In this document: piece by piece, positions 37,580 through 50,664 of the stretch | Position numbering within the stretch: position 1 is the stretch's first letter | Layout: each line of letters begins with the position of its first letter | DNA from: Octopus vulgaris | Lineage: Eukaryota | Direction: 5' to 3' | Length of the DNA: 64,000 nt | NCBI GenBank assembly: GCA_951406725.2 | Contig: OX597818.1 | Coordinates: 127,472,001-127,536,000, forward strand | Notes under the pieces: generated by a model | What the model saw: the letters and a program-made list of their open reading frames with translations, nothing else | Told to the model about the DNA's origin: nothing | Databases searched by the model: none | Made by a program: the position numbers and the translations under genes

Positions 37580-38123
37580 AAGGCGGCGAGTTGGCAAAAT
37601 TTTTAACACGCTGGACCAAATGCTTAGCGGTATTTCACCCGTCGCTAGGTTCTGAGTTCAAATTCCGCCGAGGTAGACTTTACCTTTCATCTAATCGAGG
37701 TCGATAAATTAAGTACCATTGAATCGAATTATCCCCTGCTCCAAAATGGCTACCCTTGTGGCAAAATTTGAAACCATTATTATTAATACAGTTCTACATT
37801 TAAGGGATGAATTATGTACATTATTTACATTATTTACAAGATGAGGACAAATATCCGTCAAATGTAAATAAAATAAATAATGACCATTATTATTATCATC
37901 ATCATCATCATCATCATCATTATTGAGTGATATGAGTACACCAGGCACATGCATCACAACCATATGTGCGCGAAATGGTGATCTCGTATCAAGATAAACA
38001 GCGCATGACCTTGCAGGTGAGGCCCGAGGCTATAGTAGAAGACACTTACCCAAGGTGCCACGCAGTGGGACTGAACCCAAAACCGTGTGGTTGGTAAGCA
38101 AGCTACTTACCATACAGCCACTC

Positions 38124-38160
<37 letters not shown>

Positions 38161-38765
38161 GTTGTTGTTGTTGTTGTTATTATTATTACTACGAAGGCGG
38201 CAGCTGACAGAATCTCGGCACGCCAAGGAAAATGCTTCGCGCCATTTCGTCCGTCTTTGCGATCTGAGTTCATATTCGACTTTGCCATTCATCCTTTCGG
38301 ATTGATGAAATAAGTACCAGTTGAACACTTGGGTCAATGTAATCGTGTAGCCCCCTTCTCCAAAGTTTCAGACCTTGTGCCTATAGTAGAAAGGATTATT
38401 AGCACGCTAGACAAAATGCTTATGGCATTTCGTGTCTTTACGTGGTCGACTTTGTCTTTCATCCTTTCAGGGTCGATAAATTAAGTACGAGTTGAGCCCT
38501 GGTGTCGATGTAATCGACTATTCCCCTCCCTCAAAATTTCAGACCTTGTGTCTATCGACGAAATGGTTATTGATCAGGCGGTTAGCTGGCAGAACCGTTA
38601 GCTCGCTGGACAAAATTCTTAGTAACATTTCGTCCGTTTTTACGTTCAGGGCTCAAATTCCACCGAGGGCCGAATTTGCCTTTCATCTTTACGAGGGTCG
38701 ATGAAATAAGTAGCATTTGAGTTTTCCATCCCACAAAATTGCTGACCTTGTGCCAAAATAAGAAA
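37580..38765 (+). mobile_element. Nest of diverged family B SINEs, F and A fragments and (ATT)/(GTT) microsatellites
   Basis: Several B cores at ~37580, 38195, 38400 and 38577. Confidence 0.75.
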
Positions 38766-39115
38766 TGATAATTACTACTGTTGTTGTTGTTGTTGTTGTT
38801 TATTAGACATCTTGCACGTATACATGCATAATTTATTATATACATACAAATATAATATGCTGACACCGACAAATGTTAGAAGACTTCTGTTGCTTCTTAG
38901 ATAAATTACGATATAAACGCTGCTGCCTGTTGATTTATGATGACATGGGCTTACCAAAAGGACGTTAACAGCTGACTCTCTCATTTGGAGTAACTGTTCT
39001 TTAATTATTTCTACTAGGTTAAATTGGAAATTAATGGAGATTACCTCAATTATTTTCTGCATGTTCTTATTTGCTTTTTATTATTATTCGCATGTGAAAT
39101 ATCTCGGTCCTCCCC

Positions 39116-39153
39116 TTCTCTCTCTCCCCCCTCTCTCTCTCTCTCTATCTATC

Positions 39154-39224
<71 letters not shown>

Positions 39225-39241
39225 CACTCTCTCTCTCTATC

Positions 39242-39315
<74 letters not shown>

Positions 39316-39357
39316 GCTCTCTCTCTCTATCTATCTATTTATCTATCTATCTATTTC

Positions 39358-39391
<34 letters not shown>
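39116..39391. repeat. (TC)n/(TATC)n compound microsatellite
   Basis: Direct reading. Confidence 0.95.
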
Positions 39392-39394
<3 letters not shown>

Positions 39395-39569
39395 CGTGCT
39401 TTTCTTTCACTTATTCTTGAAGTATATCCGTAACCATTATCCTAATCTTTATCTTCCAAATTCTAGGCATTCTTTTCGAGCGCATGCATGTACCCCTCAA
39501 ACACGCGTACATGTACCTACGAGCGTAGTCACGCGCTTATAGATAAATACCCACACTCATATATATATA

Positions 39570-39925
39570 TGACTGTGTGGTAAGAAGCTTACTTCCAAAC
39601 CACATGGTTCTGGGTTCACTCCCACTGCGTGGTACCTTGGGCAAGTGTCTTCTACTACGGCCTCGGGCCGATGAAAGCCTTGTGAATAGATTTGGTAGAC
39701 GGAAACTGAAAGAAGCCTGCTGTATATATATATATATATGTGTGTGTGCGCGCGCATGTGAGTGTGTGTGTCCCACTACTATCGCTTGACAACCGATGTT
39801 GGTATGCTTACGTCCCCGTAACTTAGCGGTTCGGCAAAAGAGAACGGGAGAATAAGTACTAGGCGTACAATGTCCTAGGGTCAATTTCTTCGACTAAAGG
39901 CGGTGTTCCAGTATGGCCGCAGTCG
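39570..39925 (+). mobile_element. SINE family A
   Basis: Family A unit. Confidence 0.85.
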
Positions 39926-40189
39926 GATGACAGAAACAATATTCTGAGAAAAAGTATTTTTTTCACCACAACAAAACATTTACACATACTCAGAGGTGTC
40001 TCTGTGGTAACTTGAGCAACTACAAATAACAGCCAAATCTCTCTTAAAACATACCCTTTCATCAAACGAAAGACACAGATTTACAGTATTTCAGGAAGAA
40101 AAAAAACTATGTAATGGGTCTGCTATATCAAAGACAACACTGGGCTAAACAAAACACAGACATACTTCACATTAAAAGATTATCTACCA

Positions 40190-40467
40190 AATGATACTAA
40201 TAAAGTTGACCGTATATCTTCGAAATTTCATTCCCTGGTAAATCTGTGTATCTTAAGATTGTTCAGGCAGAGTGGCCTCCCTTACTTCAAGACCTCAAAA
40301 TTGTGCGGCTCGACCTCGTTTTCGAGGTTATTTTTGTTGTAAAAAAGAGTTATTGTGCAAAAAATATACTTTATTTGGTAGCCGAATGATTACTGAATAT
40401 TTTGTACTTCATAAGTCAAAATCGGCAGCTCAGTTTTCGAATCTATAAGGAACATTCACGCGCGCGT

Positions 40468-40504
<37 letters not shown>

Positions 40505-40522
40505 CTGTTTTATTATATAAGA
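40190..40522 (-). mobile_element. Possible non-autonomous Helitron-like fragment
   Basis: The minus strand starts A|TCTTATATAATAAAA followed by (TG)n, a typical Helitron 5' end. No 3' CTRR end was confirmed. Confidence 0.4.
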
Positions 40523-40628
40523 TATATATATTCTACGTTAGCCTACTAACTCAAACCCGTCCAAATTTACTGTAATATGGTGTGTGCTTATATATTAGAC
40601 AAATTCAAGTAGTGTTTAAAATATATAC

Positions 40629-41020
40629 AGGCGTAGGAATGGCTGTGTGGTAAGTAGCTTGCTTACCAACCACATGGTTCCAGGTTCAGTCCCACTGCGT
40701 GGCACCTTGGGTAAGTGTCTTCTACTATAGCCTCGGGCCGACCAAAGCCTTGTGAGTGGATTTGATAGACGGAAACGGAAAGAAGCCCGTCGAATATATG
40801 AATATATATTATATGTATGTGTGTGTATATATGTTTGTGTGTCTGTGTTTGTCCCCCCACCCCAACATCGCTTGACAACCGATGCTGGTATGTTTACGTT
40901 CCCGTAACTTAGCGGTTCGGCAAAAGAGACCGATAGAATAAGTACTAGGCTTACAAAGAATAAGTGCTGGGGTCGATTTTCCCGACTAAAGGCGGTGCTC
41001 CAGCATGGCCACAGTCACAT
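40629..41020 (+). mobile_element. SINE family A
   Basis: Family A unit. Confidence 0.9.
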
Positions 41021-41277
41021 GTATATCGTACAAAATATTTTTTAAAAATACTTTTTTCATTTTAGCAGTTTCCATAGTTTCATTTTATTATCGATGAAAC
41101 GCCTCTAGAAGTGAAAATCGAAAGAAAATTTGGTACGTCATTTTTATTGTTGTTTAACCCCAGGTCGGCATTCATCAGTCATACCGATGATCAAGGCCCT
41201 CCGGCTGTGACCACTTTCTTTTGTACATATGTTAAGGCGGTTATGTACGTTCCGGGCGTGATTTGCGTGAAATATAC

Positions 41278-41310
<33 letters not shown>

Positions 41311-41631
41311 TTATATATATGTAATTTAATATACACAGTATTTAAATGTGAGTTACTATGCGTTTCATGCTCTGATAGTACAATAGTCGGACAAGCTTGT
41401 TTAGCGTGCTTAATCGTGTAATTTTTCAGGTTCAAGATAAAATCATGTGTATATTAAATGATATTTGTCTTGTAGGATGGACTGCCATTTCGTTGATCCC
41501 ACCAATAACGGAACTGTACACGACAGCTAGCTAGATAGATAGGTAGATAGATACACACATACATATATTTTATACACACGCACACACACACACACACACA
41601 CTAAATACACACACAAACATGTGTGAGTGTG

Positions 41632-41982
41632 TGACTGTGTGGTAAGTAGCTTGCTTACCAACCACATAGTTCCGGGTTCAGTCCCACTGCATGGCACCTT
41701 GGGTAAGTGTCTTCTACTATAGCCTCGGGCCGACCAAGTGGATTTGGTAGACGGAAACTGAAAGAAGCCCGTCGTATATATGTATATGCATATATATATA
41801 TGTGTGTGTGTGTGTGTCTGTGTTTGTGTGTCTGTGTTTGTCCCCCCAACATCGCTTGACAACCGATAGAATAAGTACTAGGCTTACAAAGAATAAGTCC
41901 TGGGGTCGATTTGGTCGACTAAAGGCGGTGCTGCAGCATGGCCAGAGCCAAATGACTGAAACAAGTAAAAGAGTAAAAGAGA
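41632..41982 (+). mobile_element. SINE family A with internal deletions
   Basis: Family A unit lacking two internal blocks. Confidence 0.85.
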
Positions 41983-43056
41983 ATATATATAATTTCTAGT
42001 ATAGTGTTGAGATATCCAGAATCTCTGGAAATATCAACATTCTGAATTTTCAATTCATCTATTATTGTTGTTTATTATTAATATTTAATGTAATTCTGTC
42101 ACAAAAATGAAAAATCAATTTAACGTAATCGGGATTTTCCTTCCTCGGATAATAAAATCCAGTAAATATATTAAACATTATTGAATATTAAAGTCTATTA
42201 TCTAAAAAGCTATTTGGGCAAATGAAAACATTTATTAACTGGAAATTATTCGTTAATTTCTCTTTAGATAACTGAATACAATAATCACAGGGAAATTATT
42301 GCTAATTGCTTAAATATGTTAAAATATGTTCCATATTCCATTAAATATTCACATTTTGCAAACAATTCAAACAATTTAAAAATGAAAGACATTTGCGCAT
42401 TTATGTAAATGTGCCGGAAATTTAAGAAATACTACGTTGAGAAATAAAACATTCAAGTATAACGTAACAGATGTCTACTTTAGTTAACGCATAAATCGAC
42501 GATCATTGAGACAGCTGCCAATAATTGTACAGGCAGTTTGACTGAATGTGGCGTCGTTATGTATGTCCATGAAGTAAGCAGCAACGGCATGAATTTATTA
42601 AGTAAATAAATACATTATGACAAACTATTTTGGTCAGTTGAGCTGACCCGCTTACATAAATTTTTTATTTATTTCTGTTCTGTTCTTTTCATTTTTTTTT
42701 TGTTTTGTTTTACTTTTTTCTTAAATTTTCTGCTGAACTGCCTTATGACATTAAAGGTGTCGCTCAGAAATTGAACTCCGAATAATTCTACTACGACCAA
42801 TATCAGGATCTCCAGATGAAGATACAACACAGTAGCGGAGGTTTATGTACATACATACAAGTACATACAAGTACATACAAGTACATACATACATACATAC
42901 ATACATACAAGTGTACCCACAATCACACACACACACACACACACATACACACATACACGTATAAACATACATTCACGCACGCACACACATTTACAGACAT
43001 ACATACATATACGCACACATACATACATACATACATACATACATACATACATACAT

Positions 43057-43855
43057 AAACAACTGATGCAGACTTTGTGGAGTTAACACTGAAGATATCA
43101 TCCACATCATAAGCAGAGGTCCGAAAATGTCATCACGGTTTTATCTACTGATGAGGCGTGATGTTGCTAGGACACTATAATGAAATCCATCGGAAAGATT
43201 AACCCCGAGGACAAACAAATAAGAACCCACAGTATGGTAGAAGCCATAGCCACTTGTAATACAAAGGAGTACTGGTGGAATGTCCAAGTGGAGCCCTCAA
43301 TAAAAAAGTTAAGCACAACAGACCTGACATAATGATTTGGGATAGGAAGAGAGACTGTACAGTTGTTGAAATTAGCTGCCCAGCGGATGTTAACATAAAG
43401 CTGGAGATCAGTGAAAAGAGAATACCTACGCTGAACTATTGAGAAATCTGCAGTTACTCTATCCAGACTACAAGTTCAGGTTTGTCCCTGTAGTTATTGG
43501 GGCCCCGAATTATGTAAAACACTTCCTAAATACCAATCTTGAGAAATTAGGCTTCTCAAAACCAGAAAGGAGAAAGCTAATTCGAAGACTACACATTTAA
43601 TCCATCACTGGGACTTTAAACATCTGTAAAACTTTCCAGAAGTTTATCATTTAGATATATATGAGCTTATCTAGATATGCAACTATATGCATGGGAATAA
43701 ATGCATGAAACAAAACACAGATCTGCCCATATACATACATACAAAAATACCCTGTTGTTGATGTTGAAATTCCAGTGAAAGAGCATTTGGATCTAGGTTA
43801 GAAACCGGCTCTTTCTCTATTGGCAAGAAATCTTGAAATAAAACTGAACAATCAT
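43057..43855 (+). mobile_element. RLE-type LINE 3' fragment (CCHC knuckle, RLE, 3' UTR) in (TACA)n
   Basis: CRLCGVNTEDIIHII and KHNRPDIMIWDR...VVEISCPADVN...YAELLRNLQLLYPDYKFRF, frameshifted. Confidence 0.8.
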
Positions 43856-43942
43856 ACATACATGCATACATACATACATACACACACACACACATACATA
43901 CATACATACATACATACATACATACATACATACATACATACA

Positions 43943-43971
<29 letters not shown>

Positions 43972-43973
<2 letters not shown>

Positions 43974-44330
43974 GTGCACAGTTGTGGAAATCAGCAGCCC
44001 AGCGAAAAAGAAAAAGCCTATGCTAAACTACTGAAGAATCTACAGCTACTCTATCCAAATTACAAGTTCAGGTTTATACCTGTAATTATTGGGGCACTGG
44101 GATATGTAACACATTGCCTAAATACCAAACTTGAGAAATTAGTCTTCTCAAAACCAGAAAGGAGGAAGTTGATTCGAAGACTACAGATTCAAGCCATCAC
44201 TGGAACTGTAAAAATCTGTAAAACTTTCCAGAAGTTTATCATTAGTATACATGAGCATGTCTAGACATGCAACTATACACATAGGATACATGCATAAAAC
44301 AAGACATACAAATCTGCACATATACATACA
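43972..44330 (+). mobile_element. Second, shorter copy of the same RLE LINE 3' end
   Basis: YAKLLKNLQLLYPNYKFRFIPVIIGALG...LQIQAITGTVKICKTF, homologous to 43360-43740. Confidence 0.8.
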
Positions 44331-44432
44331 TACATATACATACATACACATATACATATATATATACACGCACGCACACACATATACACATACATACATA
44401 TAAATATATATATATATACACCCACACCCACA

Positions 44433-44486
<54 letters not shown>

Positions 44487-45816
44487 TATTATTATTATTA
44501 TAATAAAATCAATGCATACAGGTTTTTAAGAGGCCTTGTTCTCGGCATTTCAAGTTTTTAGAATACTCAGGGGAACGGCTGATTGCAATGTGTAGGTGAT
44601 ATTTGTTTACGTTTAAGTGGACATAATGATATTAAATATCTTGACAATGATCACAGCGCAGCGTCAACAGAAAGACACGAACCATCGATCTTTTGACTGC
44701 AAGTTCCACATAGCATTGACCTAATCAGCTATGGATGTTCGTTTACATGACAACGAAATTATTTCGATTGTCATCGATTGCTGATACCTTTGCGATTAAT
44801 GATAAAATAACAAAGATTCAGGACATTTAATACATTTGTTGCTTGGAAGCCATTCTATTTTATATCCTTATTGTTATAAATAAAACAATAGATTAAACTT
44901 CTTGGTAGTAGGTGTAGTGTACGATTTACAAATGTTAGCTTCATCAGGATTTGGTTTAACATTTCACTTCTCCCCTTCTTCATTGCTATGCTTACATATG
45001 TCGGTGATGAAGGACCTCCACGCCCTCTTATCCTATATAAGACTTAGTTAGCAAGTTATTAAGCCAGTCTTTCTAAAGCCATAGGCCATTGAGTATCTTC
45101 TCTTTCAGACTTCCTCGGTTCTTTTTTTGTTTTCTTCTCATGTGCTATCCAATGAACTTAGCCCGTTGTTTTTTTATGTTGTTAGGAAGCTTCCTAGTTG
45201 TCTGTCCCTGTCTGCATAAGATACAGCATTTGTGTAAGGAAACATATTTCATATTAATCGGATAAACACTGAGCCAACCGGTTCTATCAGTTCAATACGG
45301 CAATAAAAATATGAGACAGATAAATGATAAACGTAAAGCGATTTTCTTGTGATAAGTTATAAAGGTGATAGTGTAAAACAGTCCTTCTGAAGTGAACAAA
45401 TTAGATTAGAGGCACATTGTTTAATGTATACTGGAATTTAAAGAGTTAAAGATTTCGTAAGTTCTTATATATGCATAAGTACACAAATGATGGAAAGAAC
45501 TGAAATGAGATGTGATGTCTGTATTTTTGAAGAGTATTATTCGAGTAATTGAATTGGAAATAAAACAGGTTGAAGCTAAGTATCTGACACGACTAACCTC
45601 TAGTTTTTCTTTTATAATAGGTGCGCTATCGTATAATAATTATATAATTATTCCGCACTTAATTGCAAGGTTAATTATTGTTGAGACTGGGTATAGCCAA
45701 ATGATTCTCGAGTATTTTTCTGTCCTCCACTCGTTTGGTTCCACAGCTCACTCTCACCCTACACAATCGTATCATCCAGAAGAACGCTTGTTGGTCAAAA
45801 CACGGTAAAAAGATAA

Positions 45817-46270
45817 TCTGTTATATAAAATCCGTTCTGTATGTCTGTGTGTGTGTCTTCTAGGATCTCGGGCACCCTCCATCCGATTGCGTTCAAATTT
45901 GATATGTAGATACCGACGGTATCAGGGCGTGTATAAGTCTTCAAAAAATCACAAAATTCGATTCCAGGTGAGAATGCGATCGATAAAGCGTGGGAACGTG
46001 CATTTGTACATGCAAGTACATCAGCTGTTGCGATCGATACTACGCGTACGCGAGAAAAATGCGCGTGCAGTTTGCGCAAAAAAAAGCCGGCTGGCTTGAA
46101 ATAATGCCACAAAATGCAGTATGTTTAAGAGGCAAAAAAAGTAAGATGCAAAAGAGATATTTTCTTCAAACTTGGCATGAAGGAAGGAAAGACTATTTGG
46201 TTTCTCAAGAAGTTTTTTGTTTTGCTTTAACTTCGTTTAACAAAATAAAAATTTTATTGAAATAAAGGCA
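45817..46270 (+). mobile_element. Possible non-autonomous Helitron/Helentron-like element
   Basis: A|TCTGTTATATAAAA start, short (TG)n, and ccgattgcgttcaaatttg and ttcaaacttggcatg motifs. CpG-rich. Confidence 0.4.
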
Positions 46271-47220
46271 TGCTTAATTATTTTTTTAATGAAAAAAAAA
46301 ACACTGATTGCTTTTTATTCAGCAGATATGATTCAGCACCGTCCATTAGACGGGGGGCGTTTTCCTCGTGCATTTTTAAAAAGGAACAATAAACCCAAAA
46401 CCAGCTTATCAATGTTTTCTTTCTTAACATTTCCATAATTCGCAGCAACAAAACTACTTGAGCTCAGAGCATCTTACAGAATGTATTGTTTCAGTAGTGT
46501 ATTGAGAATAGGTAATTATAAAAAATGGCTTTGGAAAATATTCCTTGGCTACTGTCTGCAAGAATATATATTTATTTTATGTGGTAAACTGAAAAAATAA
46601 TTTTCAATTTAACTGCAAAATTATAATTATAACAAGAAGAAAATACATTAGCATTAACGAAAATTGTTCTCATTTGGAACAAAAGAGAGAACTCTTAAGA
46701 TTTAAAGTGACCTGTAATAAAATTATAAAGAAGGAATAGGAGATAATTTTAAATTTTTATTCGGCTGAAATTTTGGAAGTTCTTTCCTTTGCTCCCGAGA
46801 AAGATGAGTCAATCGACCCGAGTACGCCTTTCATCGACAGGAAGGAATTAATTACAGGTGAACTCGATCGGATTTGAAATCTTCACCGAGAAGAAACACA
46901 ACTAAACATTGCAACAATCTTGATCAACGTGTTTTTCTCTTGGCCATTCTTAAAAATTTCCTAACAATTGTCAGAAATGTGCAGACAAAGACATTTAAAG
47001 TAAAGATAAAGAAAAGAATTTATGCAATAGATTTATGGGAAAGGATTTCGATGGATATTCAGATAAGTACAACCAGCTGGAACGAATTAAAGGAGCTTGT
47101 TTAAGTGATAGGAAAAACTAAACTAAGACAAACTCATTGACAAGTCAGAAATTAATGGTAATTTAAGGAACAGTTAAGTTAGTGAATATCAAGACTCTGT
47201 GTGTGTGTATGTATGTGTGT

Positions 47221-47268
<48 letters not shown>

Positions 47269-48144
47269 ATCCGATTTTATAATGTTGTGTGGATGAAAGA
47301 TAAATTTCCCCTGGACAGAATATCAGTTTATTCTTTGATAGTTTGGTAGCACATTCGATTAGACAATTAAGTTAACTTGTACTATGTAGAATAATGTCGT
47401 CTGTCCGGAAACACAACAAAACGTTTGCAGAAGTTTCGAACCCACATCCTAGGAGCTAGTAGTCTAATACTGCCTTATCCACCCAGACATTTCCCTTCCA
47501 CATTAATATCACTTACAGCATTTGGTTACAACTTCATTAACTAAGGCTGTCACTTAAAAAGAATTGATCCCCTCTAGATCTGCGTCGCCTAGGTACACAA
47601 CGACGATGATAATAAATATTCAAATATTCAAACGCATATGTGTGTGTGTGTGTGTGTGTGTGTGTTTGTATGTGTATGCATATATATATTTCATATATGT
47701 ATTCATATAGATATGTGTGTCTTTGCGCTTGTGTTTGTCCCCAATCCCGTTCCACCCATCCGCTTGACAACTAGTGTTGATTTATGTTTATCCCCCATAA
47801 CTTAGCAGTTCGGAAAAAGAGTCCGATAGAATAAGGACCAGAGTTTTTTTTTAATGAAAGAAATAAATCTAAATACTATGATTGGTTTGTTCAGCTCTAC
47901 AATTCATGTCGGTGATGCAGCACGACTGCAATCCAATGATTGAGACAAATAAACGAAGGCTTAGATGACACAGCGAAGATATATTGCTCAAAATACACAG
48001 CAATGACGACAACAGAACAGCTGGGACATGTACATATGTTACACACGACAACAGCATCATGTACAGCATTTCCGATGGTCTTTGGATCAACTTTCATATC
48101 CATGGACAGTTTTCTCATGGATGTTGTTGGGTCTTTCGAACATA

Positions 48145-48549
48145 TACTCTTTACTCTTTACTCTTTTACTTGTTTCAGTCATTTGACTGCGGCCATGCTG
48201 GAGCACCGCCTTTAGTCGAGCAAATCGACCCCAGGACTTATTCTTTGTAAGCCCAGTACTTATTCTATCGGTCTCTTTTGCCGAACCGCTAAGTGACGGG
48301 GACGTGAACACACCAGCATCGGTTGTCAAGCAATGCTAGGGAACAAACACAGACACACAAACACACACACATACATGTATATACATATATACGACAGGCT
48401 TCTTTCAGTTTCCGTCTACCAAATCCACTCACAAGGCATTGGTCGGCCCGGGGCTATAGCAGGAGACACTTGCCCACGATGCCACGCAGTGGGACTGAAC
48501 CCGGAACCATGTGGTTGGTTAGCAAGCTACTTACCACACAGCCACTCCT
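48145..48549 (-). mobile_element. SINE family A, preceded by an 80-bp piece (48060-48140) of the maT element at 50.4 kb
   Basis: Near-consensus A unit. 48060-48140 matches ~50408-50486. Confidence 0.9.
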
Positions 48550-48608
48550 TCAAGTACATATGTATATATGTACTTGAAAAAGGATGCGTGGCGTTCGATC
48601 ATATAATA

Positions 48609-49152
48609 ATATAAATAATACATAAATATATGCATATATACATACGTATGTGTACATACCTACATCTATATGTATATATACAGGCATATATGGGTACAGG
48701 ACAAAAAAAAACGTTGAACACAATGAGAAACGAAAACATAAAAACAAAAACATGGAAACGAACATTTTTTTTCAAACAACGAAAAAACAGAGTACAAGAC
48801 ATACAACACAAGGAATATTCCCCTTCTTCAGTTGTCCCTGTTTCGTCTACTCCGCGTTTTCGAAGGTAAGGACAAGACGCGACTCCGTTGAAACAGTCCT
48901 TCCCGCAAAGCAAATTAAATAAAATTTGGGTCTTTTTGCGGAGGGGTAAAAGTGGTAACAGGAACAGGACAGTAAGAACAAAACAAGACAGTAAAACCAA
49001 TCATCGTCTTGACTTAACAACCCTCATCGTTTGTTTATTGTCTTTACTTTTATTGTTTTTACTGTCTTGTTTTATGCCTGTATATATACATATAGATGTA
49101 GGTATGTACATATATGTATGTATATATGCATATATTTATATATTATTTATAT
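48609..49152. mobile_element. Penelope-like terminal repeat with foldback ends
   Basis: ~80-bp inverted arms at 48609-48688 and 49073-49152, an inner inverted pair at 48980-49000 / 49053-49073, and a hammerhead-core motif. Confidence 0.6.
48820..48896 (-). ncRNA. Hammerhead-core RNA motif with swapped strand order (copy 1)
   Basis: CGCG-UC-UUGUCC...CCUUC-GAAAA-CGCG...GGACAA-CUGAAGA-AGGGG. Confidence 0.55.
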
Positions 49153-49528
49153 ATATATGTATGTATACACATACGCATATAAATATACATACATGCAAAC
49201 TATATAAAAAGACATTATTTTACTCCTTTACTTGTTTCAGTCATTTGACTGCAGCCATGCTGGAGCACCACCTTAAAAGGCTTTTAGTCGAACGGATCGA
49301 ATATTCTTTGTAAGCCTAGTACTTATTTTATCGGTTTCTTTTGCTAAACCGCTAAGTTACGGGGACGTAAATACACCAGCATTGGTTGTGAAGTGATGGT
49401 GGGGGGAGGGTAAACACAGACACAAAGACACATGCACATTCACATACACACCCACCCACACACATACATACATACATACATACATACATACTACATACAT
49501 ACATACATACACATACATACATACATAT

Positions 49529-49589
<61 letters not shown>

Positions 49590-49591
<2 letters not shown>

Positions 49592-50561
49592 GGGTGATGA
49601 AGCAAAACTTGGAAAATAATAGATAATTCACTAACTTGTTTATATTACAACAACCAGCAACCTGACATAAATATAATTTTAACACAAGTATATAGAGGTA
49701 AAAAGAGACAATTTATTCAATATGTCTGCCTTTATTGTCCACCACAGCTTTCACATGCTGCCTGAAGTACTCAGACATGTTGTCCCACTCTTCCCTCAAG
49801 ATTTGCTTAAAATGGTAAAGACTTGGATTCGAAGTTCTGTTGGTAGAGTGCTTCTGTTTGCACCATACAGCATAGACGAGGGTCTTCAAGTCTGGGCTGG
49901 AAGAAAGCTAGAATTTGGCAGGCCAAAAGTCGGCGAAATTGTCTTCGTAGAATTTCTGCACTTTCTTTGCCATATGATCAGGTGAACCATCTTGGATCCA
50001 CACATAATTACCGTTGGGGTAGTTAGACATCGGCCAAGACAAAACCTTATACCGCAGGACTTTATAATAAACATCAGCTCACCACATTTTTCTCAGACAT
50101 GAAAAAATGGAGAGGCATCTTTTTTTCCGTTAGATGTCACGACTCCCGGTACCATGACTTGAGCTGGGTTCTTGGTCTTAAAGACGCCCCTTACTTCAGA
50201 AGGTGATTTAGCAATGTATCATTATGACGTTTTAAAACAGCATCAACGGTAAAGATATTTTCATCTGAAAAGATCTTCACGGTTTTTCTATTGTGCTTCA
50301 GGTATCGCAATACTTTTTTTAGCCCTTTCATGTCTTTTGGCTTTCATTGCATGAGTCAGTAGGTATCTCGGGGTCCTCACGTATGGCCCCAAATGTAAAT
50401 CAGTATGCACAGCATTTCTGATGGTCTTTGAATCAACTTTCATATCCATGGACAGTTTTCTCATGGATGTTGTTGGGTCTTTCGAAAATTTGGCTTTGAA
50501 AGATTTAAGAAATGCATTATCCCGTTTTTTTTTATGTCTCCACTTCCTTACTTCCTTGCTT

Positions 50562-50566
<5 letters not shown>
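49590..50566 (-). mobile_element. Decayed DD37D (maT-family, IS630-Tc1-mariner) DNA transposon
   Basis: Terminus CAGGGTG next to (TA)n. Transposase remnants IFSDENIFTVDA, PAQVMV and WIQDGSPDH...SSSPDLKTLVYAVW, with 37 residues between the 2nd and expected 3rd acidic positions. Confidence 0.8.
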
Positions 50567-50648
<82 letters not shown>

Positions 50649-50664
50649 AATATATATATATAAT

